Assembly: GCA_965221875.1 (NCBI GenBank)
Contig: OZ244920.1
Location: 1,502,444 to 1,566,443 of the forward strand
Direction: 5' to 3'
Source of the DNA: Thermodesulfobacteriota bacterium
GTDB taxonomy: Bacteria > Desulfobacterota_D > UBA1144 > Nemesobacterales > Nemesobacteraceae
Length of the DNA: 64,000 nt
Shown: positions 19,316 to 29,153 of the stretch, piece after piece
Position numbering within the stretch: the first letter of the stretch is position 1
Layout: every line of letters begins with the position of its first letter
Program-made: the position numbers and the translations under genes
Notes under the pieces: model-generated
Databases searched by the model: none
Seen by the model: the letters and a program-made list of their open reading frames with translations, nothing else
Told to the model about the DNA's origin: nothing

Positions 19316-20533
19316 ATGATAACCAGATTCTGTTTTGTTTTTTTGATTCTTTCTCCATTGTTCTCGGCATCCGCGAAAACTGTTACCGTCTCTGAGAGTT
19401 ATGACAGCGGTCCCGGAACATTTCGCGCCGCCGTTAAAGAGGCGGAAAAAGACTCTCTTGTCAGCGTCATAAGGTTTAAGGCGGGGCTTTTGCCCATCGA
19501 ACTTGAAACACCGCTTGTATACGGTGGAACTCAGTCTCTTGAGATTGATGGGGCGGGGGGAAAAGTACTGGGGAAAAACTCTTCTGATCTGTTTGTGGTA
19601 AACAGTGGCGCGGATATCGGTCTTTTCAATATTTCTTTCGCAAAGGCACTTAGAAACGGGGTTTCAGTTAACGTGCCACCTGGGAATCTCCCCCGCGAAC
19701 AGACCGTTTCGCTCAACAATGTGACACTTGAAGACAACGGCTGGTACGGCCTTCATTTTGATGATCAAAGCGACGGCGATGGCTCGGGAGCTGATTCTTC
19801 ATCAAGTCTGCGTCTTGTCATGATTGACAGCGTGATAAGAAACAACAACAATCCGACACTTGCCCCCTCGGCAAGTGACAAGGACGGTATACGGGTTGAT
19901 GAAGGTGGCATCGGTAGCGTTACGGTCCTCATTATCCGCTCTGTTCTGGATAAGAATGCGGCCGAAGGGATAGAGATTGACGAGAAGGGGCCCGGGGACG
20001 TGATTCTAACGGCGAGTGAAAGCTCTTTTGACGGTAACGGCTCCCAGCCGCAGAATTCCTCTGATCCTGAGGACGGTCTTGATGTTGACGAAGCAGGCCC
20101 GGGAAACATAAGGGTAACCATTACGGAGTCAACTGTAAGCTCCAACAGGGATGAAGGAGTTGACCTTGACGAAGCCGGCGACGGAGAGATAAATTTTGCC
20201 GCCGTGGATTTTGAAAGCTCAGGAAATGCCGATGAGAACATTAAGGCAACTCAGCTCGGAAGCGGGAACATAAGCGCTTTGTTAAGGTGCGTCACGGTAA
20301 AAAACAGCAGGGGCGGAGATGGGGTGAAGTTTGAGAGTTTTGATAACGACAGGAATGAAAAACCCGTCGGCGCGGTTTTCGCCTATATTGAGAGATCGGT
20401 TATTACTTCTAATGACAGTGACGACATACAGATTGAGGCCGCGGGAGGGGAACTCGCGATCCGCCTCAGCACCGTCAGAGAGAAAAAGCTTTCAGAAGGT
20501 ATAACATTGACCGTGGTCTCGGGTAATCGGTAG
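19316..20533 (+). CDS. Secreted right-handed parallel beta-helix repeat protein
   Basis: Signal peptide, DSGPGTFRAAV cap, repeats DGIRVDEGGIG / EGIEIDEKGPG / DGLDVDEAGPG / EGVDLDEAGDG. Confidence 0.8.
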   Translation: MITRFCFVFLILSPLFSASAKTVTVSESYDSGPGTFRAAVKEAEKDSLVSVIRFKAGLLPIELETPLVYGGTQSLEIDGAGGKVLGKNSSDLFVVNSGADIGLFNISFAKALRNGVSVNVPPGNLPREQTVSLNNVTLEDNGWYGLHFDDQSDGDGSGADSSSSLRLVMIDSVIRNNNNPTLAPSASDKDGIRVDEGGIGSVTVLIIRSVLDKNAAEGIEIDEKGPGDVILTASESSFDGNGSQPQNSSDPEDGLDVDEAGPGNIRVTITESTVSSNRDEGVDLDEAGDGEINFAAVDFESSGNADENIKATQLGSGNISALLRCVTVKNSRGGDGVKFESFDNDRNEKPVGAVFAYIERSVITSNDSDDIQIEAAGGELAIRLSTVREKKLSEGITLTVVSGNR

Positions 20534-20550
20534 GCATGGTTCTCTTCTCT

Positions 20551-21462
20551 TCAGTCACCTTGTAGGAGAAAATCCGCGCGCTTCATAAGCTCTTCTGCCA
20601 TAAGACGCCCTCCGCTCTCCGCGTTTTCCGCCTCGCATTCCCATTCGTTGCTCAGAACCCTGTTTTTTTCCATATCTATGAAAACGGAATCTGCCGATAT
20701 TTTTCCAAGATGCATTTGCGCGCAGCATCCAAGAGGAGTTTGGCAGTCTCCGCCAAAAGTTTCCAGGAAGGAGCGCTCAAATGCTGCTACAGTCTCTGTG
20801 TCCGGGTGCGTGATTGCAGATATGAGGTTTCTCGTTTCCGCATCATCTTCTCTGCATTCTATGGCGATTATTCCCTGACATGGAGCCGGGACCATATAGT
20901 CCTGCGCAAGATGCTGGGTAATGCGTTCTGAAAACCCGAGCCGGTTGAGTCCCGCTGCGGCCAAGACGATTCCGTCAAGATCTTCTGAGAAAATTTTCTT
21001 TAGTCTGGTATCAACATTTCCCCTTATTGGAACAACTTCCAGACCGGGGAACCTGAAAAGCAGCTGAGATCTTCTTCTTATGCTTCCGGTCCCCACCCTT
21101 CCCTTTCCCCGGAGCTGTTCAAGGGTACGTCCGTCCGCTGAAACAAAAACGTCTCTCGGGTCTTCTCTTTTGAGCATGGAACCTATGACGAGACCGTCTG
21201 GAAGAACCGAGGGCATGTCCTTCATGCTGTGAACGGCAATATCCGTTTCGCCCGAGAGGAGGCTCTGCTCTATTTCTTTTACGAAAATCCCCTTGCCGCC
21301 AATCCGCGAGATATCCTCTTCGAAGTTTATATCTCCCGAGGTTTTTATTTCCGTTATTTCCGTTTCAAGTGAAGGGAAAACAGTGCGAAGTTCCGTTTTG
21401 ACAAGGCGGGCTTGGCACAGAGCGAGTCTGCTACCCCTGGTCCCAATTCTCAGCTTCGTCAT
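20551..21462 (-). CDS. hemC: Hydroxymethylbilane synthase
   Basis: IGTRGSRLA, GKGIFVKEIE, AVHSMKD, RGNVDTRL, GGDCQTP. Confidence 0.96.
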   Translation of the reverse strand: MTKLRIGTRGSRLALCQARLVKTELRTVFPSLETEITEIKTSGDINFEEDISRIGGKGIFVKEIEQSLLSGETDIAVHSMKDMPSVLPDGLVIGSMLKREDPRDVFVSADGRTLEQLRGKGRVGTGSIRRRSQLLFRFPGLEVVPIRGNVDTRLKKIFSEDLDGIVLAAAGLNRLGFSERITQHLAQDYMVPAPCQGIIAIECREDDAETRNLISAITHPDTETVAAFERSFLETFGGDCQTPLGCCAQMHLGKISADSVFIDMEKNRVLSNEWECEAENAESGGRLMAEELMKRADFLLQGD

Positions 21463-22759
21463 AAATATCCGTTTTATCTCGCGAGGCATCCACTGGGTCG
21501 AGCTCAAAAAGTCTTCTCGTTACCTCCGAGTAAAGAGCCGCTTCGTAACCAGAGGTTCTCTTCTTTAGATTGGTGACCGGGTCGTGAAATATTTTCCCGA
21601 TTATGGAATTCGCCAGGGTTTCCAGGACCTCTTTCTGCGCTCCGGTACCGCCCTCGATTTTTCGAAGCGCCTTCTCAACCTCGGTCTTTTTTATTTTCTC
21701 GAACTTTTGCTTGATATCGATTATAACGGGAAACACCTTGAGGCTTTCCATCCAGTCCGTAAAACCTTTCTCCGCGTTCAGAACTATTTCTTCGGCTTTT
21801 TTAAGATTCTCCTTTCTGGAATTTAAGTTTTCACCCTGAACAACTCTAAGGTCATCTATGTCGTAGAGGTAAACCCCGGGAATTCTGTTTATTTTCGGGT
21901 CTATATCGCGTGGGACGGCTATATCAATCATGAAGATCGGATCGTTTTTCCTGAGCTTAAGAGACTGTCTTACGTGTTCACTTCTTATTATGTAATCGGA
22001 AGACCCGGTTGCGGCAACAAGGATATCAATGTCTTTCAGACAGTAGAACATTTCTTCGAACCTGATGGGCTTGCCTTTTAGGGATTGCGAAAGTTTTTCC
22101 GCGTTATGGAAATTTCTGCTCGTTACATAGAGTTCCTTTATGTTGTTAGAAACAAGATGTTTTGCGAAGAGCTCTCCCATTTCCCCGGTTCCAACCAGCA
22201 TAGCGGTACGGTTTGCAAGGTTCTCGAATATTCTTTTTGCAAGCTCCACTCCGAGGTAGCTTATCGAGACCGCTTGAGAGGATATCCCCGTTTCGGCTCT
22301 AACTTTTTTCCCGGCGAAAAAAGCTCTGTTAAAAAGCCTGTTGAGTATAAGTCCGACCGTATTCTCGGAACGCGCCACGCTATATGAGTTTTTGAGCTGG
22401 TTCAGAATCTGGGTTTCTCCGATTACCATGGAGTCAATGCTGGCCGCTACCCTGAAGAGATGCCTGACCGCGTCAGACCCCACGCGGGTATGCATATAGG
22501 GATAAAGGTTCTTGTTGTTAGGTCTATGAAAATCCAGAAGAAAGGACTTGATTTCCTCTTCGCATTTTCCACAGTTCTCGGTCACCGCGTATATTTCAAC
22601 ACGGTTACAGGTGGACACTATGAAACATTCAAGCACGTTTTCTCTCAAACGGAGGATTCCGAGTGCTTCTCTAATATCCGCATCAGAAAAAGAAAACCTC
22701 TCCCGCACTTCCACAGGCGTGGTCTTGTAGCTGATTCCGACTGAAACTATCTCTACCAT
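21431..22759 (-). CDS. hemA: Glutamyl-tRNA reductase
   Basis: STCNRVE, DSMVIGETQI, GTGEMG, DIAVPRDI. Confidence 0.96.
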   Translation of the reverse strand: MVEIVSVGISYKTTPVEVRERFSFSDADIREALGILRLRENVLECFIVSTCNRVEIYAVTENCGKCEEEIKSFLLDFHRPNNKNLYPYMHTRVGSDAVRHLFRVAASIDSMVIGETQILNQLKNSYSVARSENTVGLILNRLFNRAFFAGKKVRAETGISSQAVSISYLGVELAKRIFENLANRTAMLVGTGEMGELFAKHLVSNNIKELYVTSRNFHNAEKLSQSLKGKPIRFEEMFYCLKDIDILVAATGSSDYIIRSEHVRQSLKLRKNDPIFMIDIAVPRDIDPKINRIPGVYLYDIDDLRVVQGENLNSRKENLKKAEEIVLNAEKGFTDWMESLKVFPVIIDIKQKFEKIKKTEVEKALRKIEGGTGAQKEVLETLANSIIGKIFHDPVTNLKKRTSGYEAALYSEVTRRLFELDPVDASRDKTDIYDEAENWDQG

Positions 22760-22788
22760 CTGTTTTTTCCGAAACCGATCTTTTACGA

Positions 22789-23493
22789 TTATAAACTACC
22801 CGTGGAGGGGACTATATCAATTTCGTCTATATTTGCTTCGCGGGGCTGGTTTATGACCCAAAGGACTGTTTTTGCCGTAATTTCAGGAGACATCATCTTC
22901 GCCCTGTCCCATTCTCCGGCAAGCGAATCCCAGATGTCCGTTCTGGTCGGACCTGGCAAGACGGCAGAAACCTTTATTCCCCTGTCTCTTACTTCTTCTC
23001 TCAGAGAATTGGTGAAACCCAGGACAGCAAATTTAGAGGCACAGTAGGCTGCCCACCCGGGAAAGCCTTTTTTTGAAGCGTTCGAACCGATGTTCACAAT
23101 ATGGCTTCCTCTTGGCATAAAAGGAAGAGCATGTTTTACCATGAGAAAGGGTCCTTTTGCGTTTACGGCCATCATTTCATCCCACTGTTCTCTGCCCGTT
23201 CTTTCTACCGGGCCAGTGTGGACTACGCCTGCGTTATTGATCAGTACGTCAATTCCCCCCTTTTCTTCAGCGACGCCTGAGATGAATCTTCTGACTTCAT
23301 CCTCGACCGATATATCAACGGAAGAAACCATGAAATTCCCCGCAAAAGACGATATTTCAGTCTCAAGAGAAGCCATAGTCTGGCGATTTTTTGAGCAAAG
23401 CGCTGCAAAAAAACCCGCCTCGAGTAATTCAACTGCGATTGCCCTTCCTATGCCTCTTGCCGCACCGGTAACAATAACGACCTTCTCATCCAT
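22789..23493 (-). CDS. SDR oxidoreductase, sepiapterin-reductase-like
   Basis: TGAARGIG, NNAG, YCASK; start overlaps the PTPS stop; C-terminus resembles my recollection of Chlorobium sepiapterin reductase. Confidence 0.75.
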   Translation of the reverse strand: MDEKVVIVTGAARGIGRAIAVELLEAGFFAALCSKNRQTMASLETEISSFAGNFMVSSVDISVEDEVRRFISGVAEEKGGIDVLINNAGVVHTGPVERTGREQWDEMMAVNAKGPFLMVKHALPFMPRGSHIVNIGSNASKKGFPGWAAYCASKFAVLGFTNSLREEVRDRGIKVSAVLPGPTRTDIWDSLAGEWDRAKMMSPEITAKTVLWVINQPREANIDEIDIVPSTGSL

Positions 23494-23917
23494 TTCGTTT
23501 TTCCTCGAAATACTCAAAACAACTTTTCCGGTTCTCCCAGATCCTTATACGATCAAGCCTGCCCGGGACGATTTCTGTGAATTTCTGCCACAGATACTTC
23601 CCTATATTCTCAACAGTCGATACGTTTTCCTGAAAGAAGTGAACATCCCTGTCTATCCACTTATAGTTAAGTTCTTCAATTAGGGGCGCCGCCCGTTTTT
23701 CAAAGTCGATACGGTTTATGACCATGCCCGTTTCATCGTCTATTTCTCCCTTTATTGCCACTTCCACGGTGTAGTCGTGTCCGTGCCCGGCGGGATTTGC
23801 GCATTTGTCAAATATGGCGAAGTTTTCTTCGTCAGACAATCCTTCCATAAAAAGCCTGTGGCTTGCGGAGAGCCTGAATACTCTCGTAAGAATTACCTGT
23901 TCTTTTGCCTCTATCAT
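23486..23917 (-). CDS. 6-pyruvoyl-tetrahydropterin synthase, C-x5-HGH (PTPS-II-type)
   Basis: SASHRL, CANPAGHGHDY, TGMVIN, STVEN. Confidence 0.88.
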   Translation of the reverse strand: MIEAKEQVILTRVFRLSASHRLFMEGLSDEENFAIFDKCANPAGHGHDYTVEVAIKGEIDDETGMVINRIDFEKRAAPLIEELNYKWIDRDVHFFQENVSTVENIGKYLWQKFTEIVPGRLDRIRIWENRKSCFEYFEEKRNG

Positions 23918-24333
23918 TTGCTGTAGTCAACGAAAAGATCGTCTGTTTCATACACCCTTATTTTGTAGAGGCGACAATCATTCCTCTCAATAATTTTCTC
24001 TTCGATTACCTCCCACAGAACCTTGGCTATGTTCTCTGTTGTCGGTATAAGATTCTGAAAACGGGGATTGTCCTGGTTTAAGTTCTTGTGGTCAAAATCA
24101 TCCAGAACAGATGAAGCGATCTGCTTCAGGTCAAAGAGATTGATTATCATGCCCGTCTCCGGGTTTATTTCTCCTTCCACAGTAACTTCAAGCACGAAAT
24201 TGTGTCCGTGTCCGCCGGGCAAGCTCGATTTGCCGTAGATTTCACGGTTTTTCTCCTCACTCCAGTTTTTGTTCCAGTACCTGTGAGAAGCGGAAAACTC
24301 GACTTTCTTTGTTAAGAGCTTTTTAAAAGACAT
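23914..24333 (-). CDS. PTPS paralog with Cys->Ser at the catalytic position
   Basis: FSASHRY, KSSLPGGHGHNF, TGMIINL, FDHKNLN, PTTENIA, YET. Confidence 0.85.
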   Translation of the reverse strand: MSFKKLLTKKVEFSASHRYWNKNWSEEKNREIYGKSSLPGGHGHNFVLEVTVEGEINPETGMIINLFDLKQIASSVLDDFDHKNLNQDNPRFQNLIPTTENIAKVLWEVIEEKIIERNDCRLYKIRVYETDDLFVDYSK

Positions 24334-24430
24334 TATTAAAACCCGCCCGTTTCTTGATTTTCTAGAGAAGTACAAGTTGCCATATAGCAATCAAGTTGTG
24401 GGCAGATGAAAAAGAACACAGTACGCATTA

Positions 24431-27286
24431 TCAAGAAGCCCTCAACAAATTTAATCTTAACAACTTGCCCAATACTTCATCGTCAGAGATGTCATTATGC
24501 CAACCGTAAGCGTCAGCAACAGCAGCATCAATATCTGTATGTGCATTGATAAGCCACTGAGGAGAAGAGTTATAAAGGTTAGTGAGTGTTCGTTTCTTGA
24601 GTTTGCTCTCAGCAGATTCATTTCGAGGAACTGGACGTTTAGGATAGCCTGGTAAAGGTTCATCTATCCATTGCACCCATTCTGGTGGATTGAGCCAGCG
24701 ATCACGTAATTCAACCAATCGCCGAGCAGCTTCTGCAATTGCCATTGCATTTTTGTCACTTGCGTAATTAGTACTTGCAACATCTGGAGTCAATCCTTCA
24801 GGAAACGGGAAGGTTCCAAACGTAGTAGTTGGTGTATAGCGGGGGTCATTGCCTTTTCCTAGCCAAGTCCCGAGTCGTAGTGCCCAGATTTCGTGAAATC
24901 TGCTGTGTAATATGCCAAAAGTTGTGTCATCATCTCGAGCAACCACAACTACTGCACTGTCGGGACAGATTCGTGTATCACACCAGACAAATAATCGATG
25001 TTTGGAAACGCGAGGTGTAACTATACAACGTGACAGACCTCTAAGCATATTCCACATAGTAGGTCGAGGTCTCCAATGTCTAAACCAAAACTCTCGGTTT
25101 TTTGCTTCTCGGTTTTGCAATCGCTGAGGTTTGACATGCTCTTCAATATAGGCAAAAGGTGTTTCATAGAGTGCAGCTTCAGTTTCTGTCATAGACAAAC
25201 CAAAATCAATGATCCATTTTTCGGAAGAGCGACTGGTGATATCATCTCCATTGATCCATGGCTTGAGAACATCCGCATTCGGACGACCATTAGGGTTAGA
25301 TGGCAGGCAAAGCCATTTTCGTGCCAAATCTCCTGAAATATCAAATCCCCCTCCTTTTATGTCTCCCTGAAAAGCAACATTCTCATTTGACTCTAACTTA
25401 ACAGCACAGGTTGTATCCAAAGCTCCTCCAGTCAGGTCCGCATTGACTTGGCTTTCTTCTAGACCATTTAAAGAAACTGGAACTTTCGAATCCTTCTTTG
25501 CAAAACAAACCAAAGATACTCTTACTGCTGCTCCTTCAACTACCCAAGGTTCATCTGACCAAGCGTCGAAAATGACTGAGTCTTTCAAGATTTTGTCTAA
25601 GACTCGTCTATTAGTACCACCTCGGATTGAATTTGTCGCCACTAAACCACTTCGCTGGATTTTCCCTTCCGAAACAAGCCGTCCTGCTTTAGCAAACCAG
25701 TAACACACAAGATCCGGTTTGCCATAAATTAGCCCCTCGTACACCTCATCGAGTGTATCGGCATAATCATCACCCAATTCTCTTCGAATCTTCTTATCAC
25801 CTAGAAATGGTGGATTTCCAATCACCACATCGGCTTTTGGCCACTCCGGTTCTTTATTATCTGGAGTTAGGATTGCGTCGCGACATTCGATGGTTTCAAG
25901 GGGCTCAAGAATCGGTTTTTGATCTCCATCTGCACCCATTAGAAATCCGTTACGCCTCATCCACTGAATATTACCTATCCAAATCGAAAGCCTAGCCAGT
26001 TCAGCAGCATAGGAGTTAATCTCAATTCCTTTAACGTTGCCTGGACCTATAACAGGAAATGTTCTTGGAAAACCCATTTGCTCTCCTTCAATTTGTACAT
26101 GATGTTCAAAATCTTTGAGTACATCCAGAGCAAGATAAAGAAAATTGCCTGATCCACATGCGGGATCAAGAACTGTAAATTCACGCAATCTTTCAAGGAA
26201 CTGGTTGAGCAAACGTTTGGCTTGTCTCTCGTGTCGATTCTTTGCCGATTTCTTATCTGTTTTCTCCGCTTTTTCTAGACAGTTTCTTATCTCTGTCTTC
26301 GCTTTTTCCCAATCATCAATCCAAGGATAGTATATAACTGGATTGATAATCCGCATGATCTTATCGCGGTCTGTATAGTATGCACCCAGCTGGGAACGTT
26401 TATCAGGGTCTAGACCGCGTTCAAACAAAGTGCCAAAAACGGAAGGATCAATCTCTGACCAGTCCAGCAAAGCAGCGTTAAGCACTTTCTGAATATCCAG
26501 TTGGGTCATTGGTAAGGCAGTATCATCATCGAATAAGCCGCCATTAAACCAAGCTATCTGCTTATATCCAACCCGTCCTCCTGATTCCATAGCCCTAAAC
26601 AGGTCACCTGTCCATTCAACAAAGTCTTCGGGCTGGCGCCGTACACCTTTCAGCATATCTGTGAACATATCATCGGGCAGAAGTCCTATGTCTTCAGCAA
26701 ACATGCAGAAAATCAGGCGATTCATAAAACGGGCTACTGTTTGCGGATTATGTCCCCGCTCCCGCAGTCCATGAGCGAGAGAAGCGAAAGTCTCGGCAGC
26801 TTGCTGAGTGATTGCTTCCCGGGTTTCGCCTGGTCTAAGTCGATTAGGATTGGAGAGCGCCCATTTGAATTTCTCACGCGTGGATTGATTCTTAAAATCT
26901 TCAAGACTGAACTTATAAATCTTGCTCACACTGTTAGTCCAGTTAGTGTGAATATGAAATCGCTCCATGTCAGAGACGATTAAAAGAGGTGGGTTCTCCA
27001 GTGCCGAAGTATACCGTCGCAATTGAGTTAGAGCACTGTCAAGATTCGCGTGCTTGCCCTTGTATTCCCAAGCAAAACAGTGGCGTTTCCAGATGTCGGC
27101 CCAACCATCACCACCTCCATCTTTCCGTGCACCACGTTCAAAACAGTAATTCTCGCCCTTGGGGTCCTCTTCCGCCGGTGTTGGTTCGTCTAACAGGCGG
27201 CAAATATCAATAAACTGCTCTTGGGAACCTGAACGCTCTTTGAGCTGCGAGGAAGCCCATTTTCTTATGAATTCTTCAGGAGTCAT
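24431..27286 (-). CDS. MmeI-like Type IIL/IIG single-chain restriction-modification enzyme (N6-adenine MTase)
   Basis: N-terminal nuclease ADIWK..FAWEYKG, FNGGLF, GAYYT, DPACGSGNFL, GNPPF, C-terminal TRD with PRYTPTTTFGTFPFP and TLTNLYN. Confidence 0.9.
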   Translation of the reverse strand: MTPEEFIRKWASSQLKERSGSQEQFIDICRLLDEPTPAEEDPKGENYCFERGARKDGGGDGWADIWKRHCFAWEYKGKHANLDSALTQLRRYTSALENPPLLIVSDMERFHIHTNWTNSVSKIYKFSLEDFKNQSTREKFKWALSNPNRLRPGETREAITQQAAETFASLAHGLRERGHNPQTVARFMNRLIFCMFAEDIGLLPDDMFTDMLKGVRRQPEDFVEWTGDLFRAMESGGRVGYKQIAWFNGGLFDDDTALPMTQLDIQKVLNAALLDWSEIDPSVFGTLFERGLDPDKRSQLGAYYTDRDKIMRIINPVIYYPWIDDWEKAKTEIRNCLEKAEKTDKKSAKNRHERQAKRLLNQFLERLREFTVLDPACGSGNFLYLALDVLKDFEHHVQIEGEQMGFPRTFPVIGPGNVKGIEINSYAAELARLSIWIGNIQWMRRNGFLMGADGDQKPILEPLETIECRDAILTPDNKEPEWPKADVVIGNPPFLGDKKIRRELGDDYADTLDEVYEGLIYGKPDLVCYWFAKAGRLVSEGKIQRSGLVATNSIRGGTNRRVLDKILKDSVIFDAWSDEPWVVEGAAVRVSLVCFAKKDSKVPVSLNGLEESQVNADLTGGALDTTCAVKLESNENVAFQGDIKGGGFDISGDLARKWLCLPSNPNGRPNADVLKPWINGDDITSRSSEKWIIDFGLSMTETEAALYETPFAYIEEHVKPQRLQNREAKNREFWFRHWRPRPTMWNMLRGLSRCIVTPRVSKHRLFVWCDTRICPDSAVVVVARDDDTTFGILHSRFHEIWALRLGTWLGKGNDPRYTPTTTFGTFPFPEGLTPDVASTNYASDKNAMAIAEAARRLVELRDRWLNPPEWVQWIDEPLPGYPKRPVPRNESAESKLKKRTLTNLYNSSPQWLINAHTDIDAAVADAYGWHNDISDDEVLGKLLRLNLLRAS

Positions 27287-27388
27287 AATACCTTCAATAT
27301 AAGTGAACTAGAATTACTCAGTCTTACATCAAAATTTGATCAAGCTGCCAAACAGTTACACAGTTACATGGAAACCGGTGGCTATAAC

Positions 27389-28948
27389 CTAAGGCTTCCT
27401 CTTTGAGGTCTCCGGAACTATGGCATCCGCACGGAAAGCTTCCTGCTGCGTTCCTTCTATCATTCTTGTTATTGTGGGTTCCATCTTTGAGAGAAAGGGT
27501 TGCGGGTATATCCCCATAAAGAATATCATAAGGGCAAGAGGAATCATAAGGGCTATCTCTCTGGGATTAAGATCCATAAGCCCCGTGTTTATTCTCTTTA
27601 CTATAGGTCCAAACATCACTCTCTGATATGCCCAGAGCATGTAGACGGCTCCGAGGACAAGTCCTGTGGCTCCAAGCGCCGCGTACCAGTAACTCTCCGC
27701 GAACACTCCAAGCAGAATCAGAAATTCCCCTATGAAGCCGTTTAGGAGAGGAAGCCCTATCGAAGAGAGCATGGCAATCATGAAAAACAGCGCGTAGATC
27801 GGCATTACCTTCGCGAGTCCGCCGAACTCGGAAATCATTTTAGTGTGACGTCTTTCGTATATCATTCCGACGAGAATAAACAGGGCTCCGGTTGAGAGAC
27901 CGTGACCTATCATCTGGTAGATTCCGCCCTGTACGCCGTGGAGATTGAAGACGAACACTCCCAGCATTATAAGTCCCATGTGACTTACGCTCGAATAGGC
28001 GACCAGCTTCTTGAGGTCCTTCTGCATGAAGGCCACCATAGCCCCATAGATTATCCCGGTGATCGAGAGAACTATGAGAACTTCGGTGTACGCCTCTATC
28101 GCCTCCGGGAAGAACGGAATAAGAAATCTTATTACCGCGTAGGTTCCCATTTTAAGCAGAACGCCGGCCAGTATCACACTCCCGGGTGTGGGGGCTTCAA
28201 CGTGCGCGTCGGGAAGCCAGGTGTGAAATGGAAACATCGGAACCTTAATTGCGAAAGCCAGGAAAAACGCCAAAAACACAAGTCCCTGGGGACTCAGTAT
28301 TCCGTCAAAAGCAAGACTGGTCCTCTGGAGGTCGAAAAGGTTCATTGACGCAAAGCCGAACTGGTCTATGTGGGCATAGTACATGTAGATGATTGCAACC
28401 AGCATGAGTCCGCTTCCAAGCGCCGTGTAGATGAAGAACTTTATTGCCGCGTAAATTCTTCTGGAAGACCCCCAGATTCCTATGATGAAATACATGGGAA
28501 TCAGTACCGCTTCCCAGAATATAAAGAAGAGAATCATGTCCAGCGCGACGAAGGTCCCGATGAGCGCCGATTCAAGAAAAAGAGTAAGGCAAAGAAAGGC
28601 TCTCCATCCGCCTCTTATCGCGTTCCAGGAGCAAAGGACCGTGATCGGAAAAAGAAAGGTCGTGAGCAGCACAAGCAAAAGGCTAAGACCGTCGACTCCC
28701 AGATGATAAGACACCCCGAGATCCGTAAGCCAGGGAATCTTCTCTTCAAACTGCATTGTGGAAAGCGAACCGTTAAAGCGGAAAAAAAGAGGAAGAGATA
28801 TTAGAAATTCTACCAGTGTTATTACAAACGCAACGGCTTTTAACTGATAATCGGAAACCTTCTGAAAATACGGCAGAACCGCGAGCACCAAAGCTCCCAG
28901 AAGGGGAAAAAATATGAGCAGGGACAAAATGTTATTATCGAGACTCAC
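27389..28948 (-). CDS. nuoM: NADH-quinone oxidoreductase subunit M (stand-alone)
   Basis: GVDGLS, FWEAVLIP, IKVPMFPFHTWLPDAHVEAP, LLKMGTY, AYSSVSHMG. Confidence 0.93.
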   Translation of the reverse strand: MSLDNNILSLLIFFPLLGALVLAVLPYFQKVSDYQLKAVAFVITLVEFLISLPLFFRFNGSLSTMQFEEKIPWLTDLGVSYHLGVDGLSLLLVLLTTFLFPITVLCSWNAIRGGWRAFLCLTLFLESALIGTFVALDMILFFIFWEAVLIPMYFIIGIWGSSRRIYAAIKFFIYTALGSGLMLVAIIYMYYAHIDQFGFASMNLFDLQRTSLAFDGILSPQGLVFLAFFLAFAIKVPMFPFHTWLPDAHVEAPTPGSVILAGVLLKMGTYAVIRFLIPFFPEAIEAYTEVLIVLSITGIIYGAMVAFMQKDLKKLVAYSSVSHMGLIMLGVFVFNLHGVQGGIYQMIGHGLSTGALFILVGMIYERRHTKMISEFGGLAKVMPIYALFFMIAMLSSIGLPLLNGFIGEFLILLGVFAESYWYAALGATGLVLGAVYMLWAYQRVMFGPIVKRINTGLMDLNPREIALMIPLALMIFFMGIYPQPFLSKMEPTITRMIEGTQQEAFRADAIVPETSKRKP

Positions 28949-29095
28949 GTTCAGGCGGACCGAAGCAAAGAGAATAAAATCGCCGTAATTATACTTTCAT
29001 AAAATTTTGTTAACAACCGCGCACGTGAAAAAATTCAGATTTCTGCAGCAGGTCCTGAAAAAACGATTGATTACTGAAAGAAATACAGGTGGCAG

Positions 29096-29140
29096 AAAAG
29101 CAAAAGAGCGGAAAACATTTGATTATCTTCCGCTCTTTTG
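29096..29140 (-). terminator. Intrinsic terminator after the LLM gene
   Basis: caaaagagcggaa...ttccgctcttttg inverted repeat. Confidence 0.7.
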
Positions 29141-29153
29141 ATCTGTGAATAAC

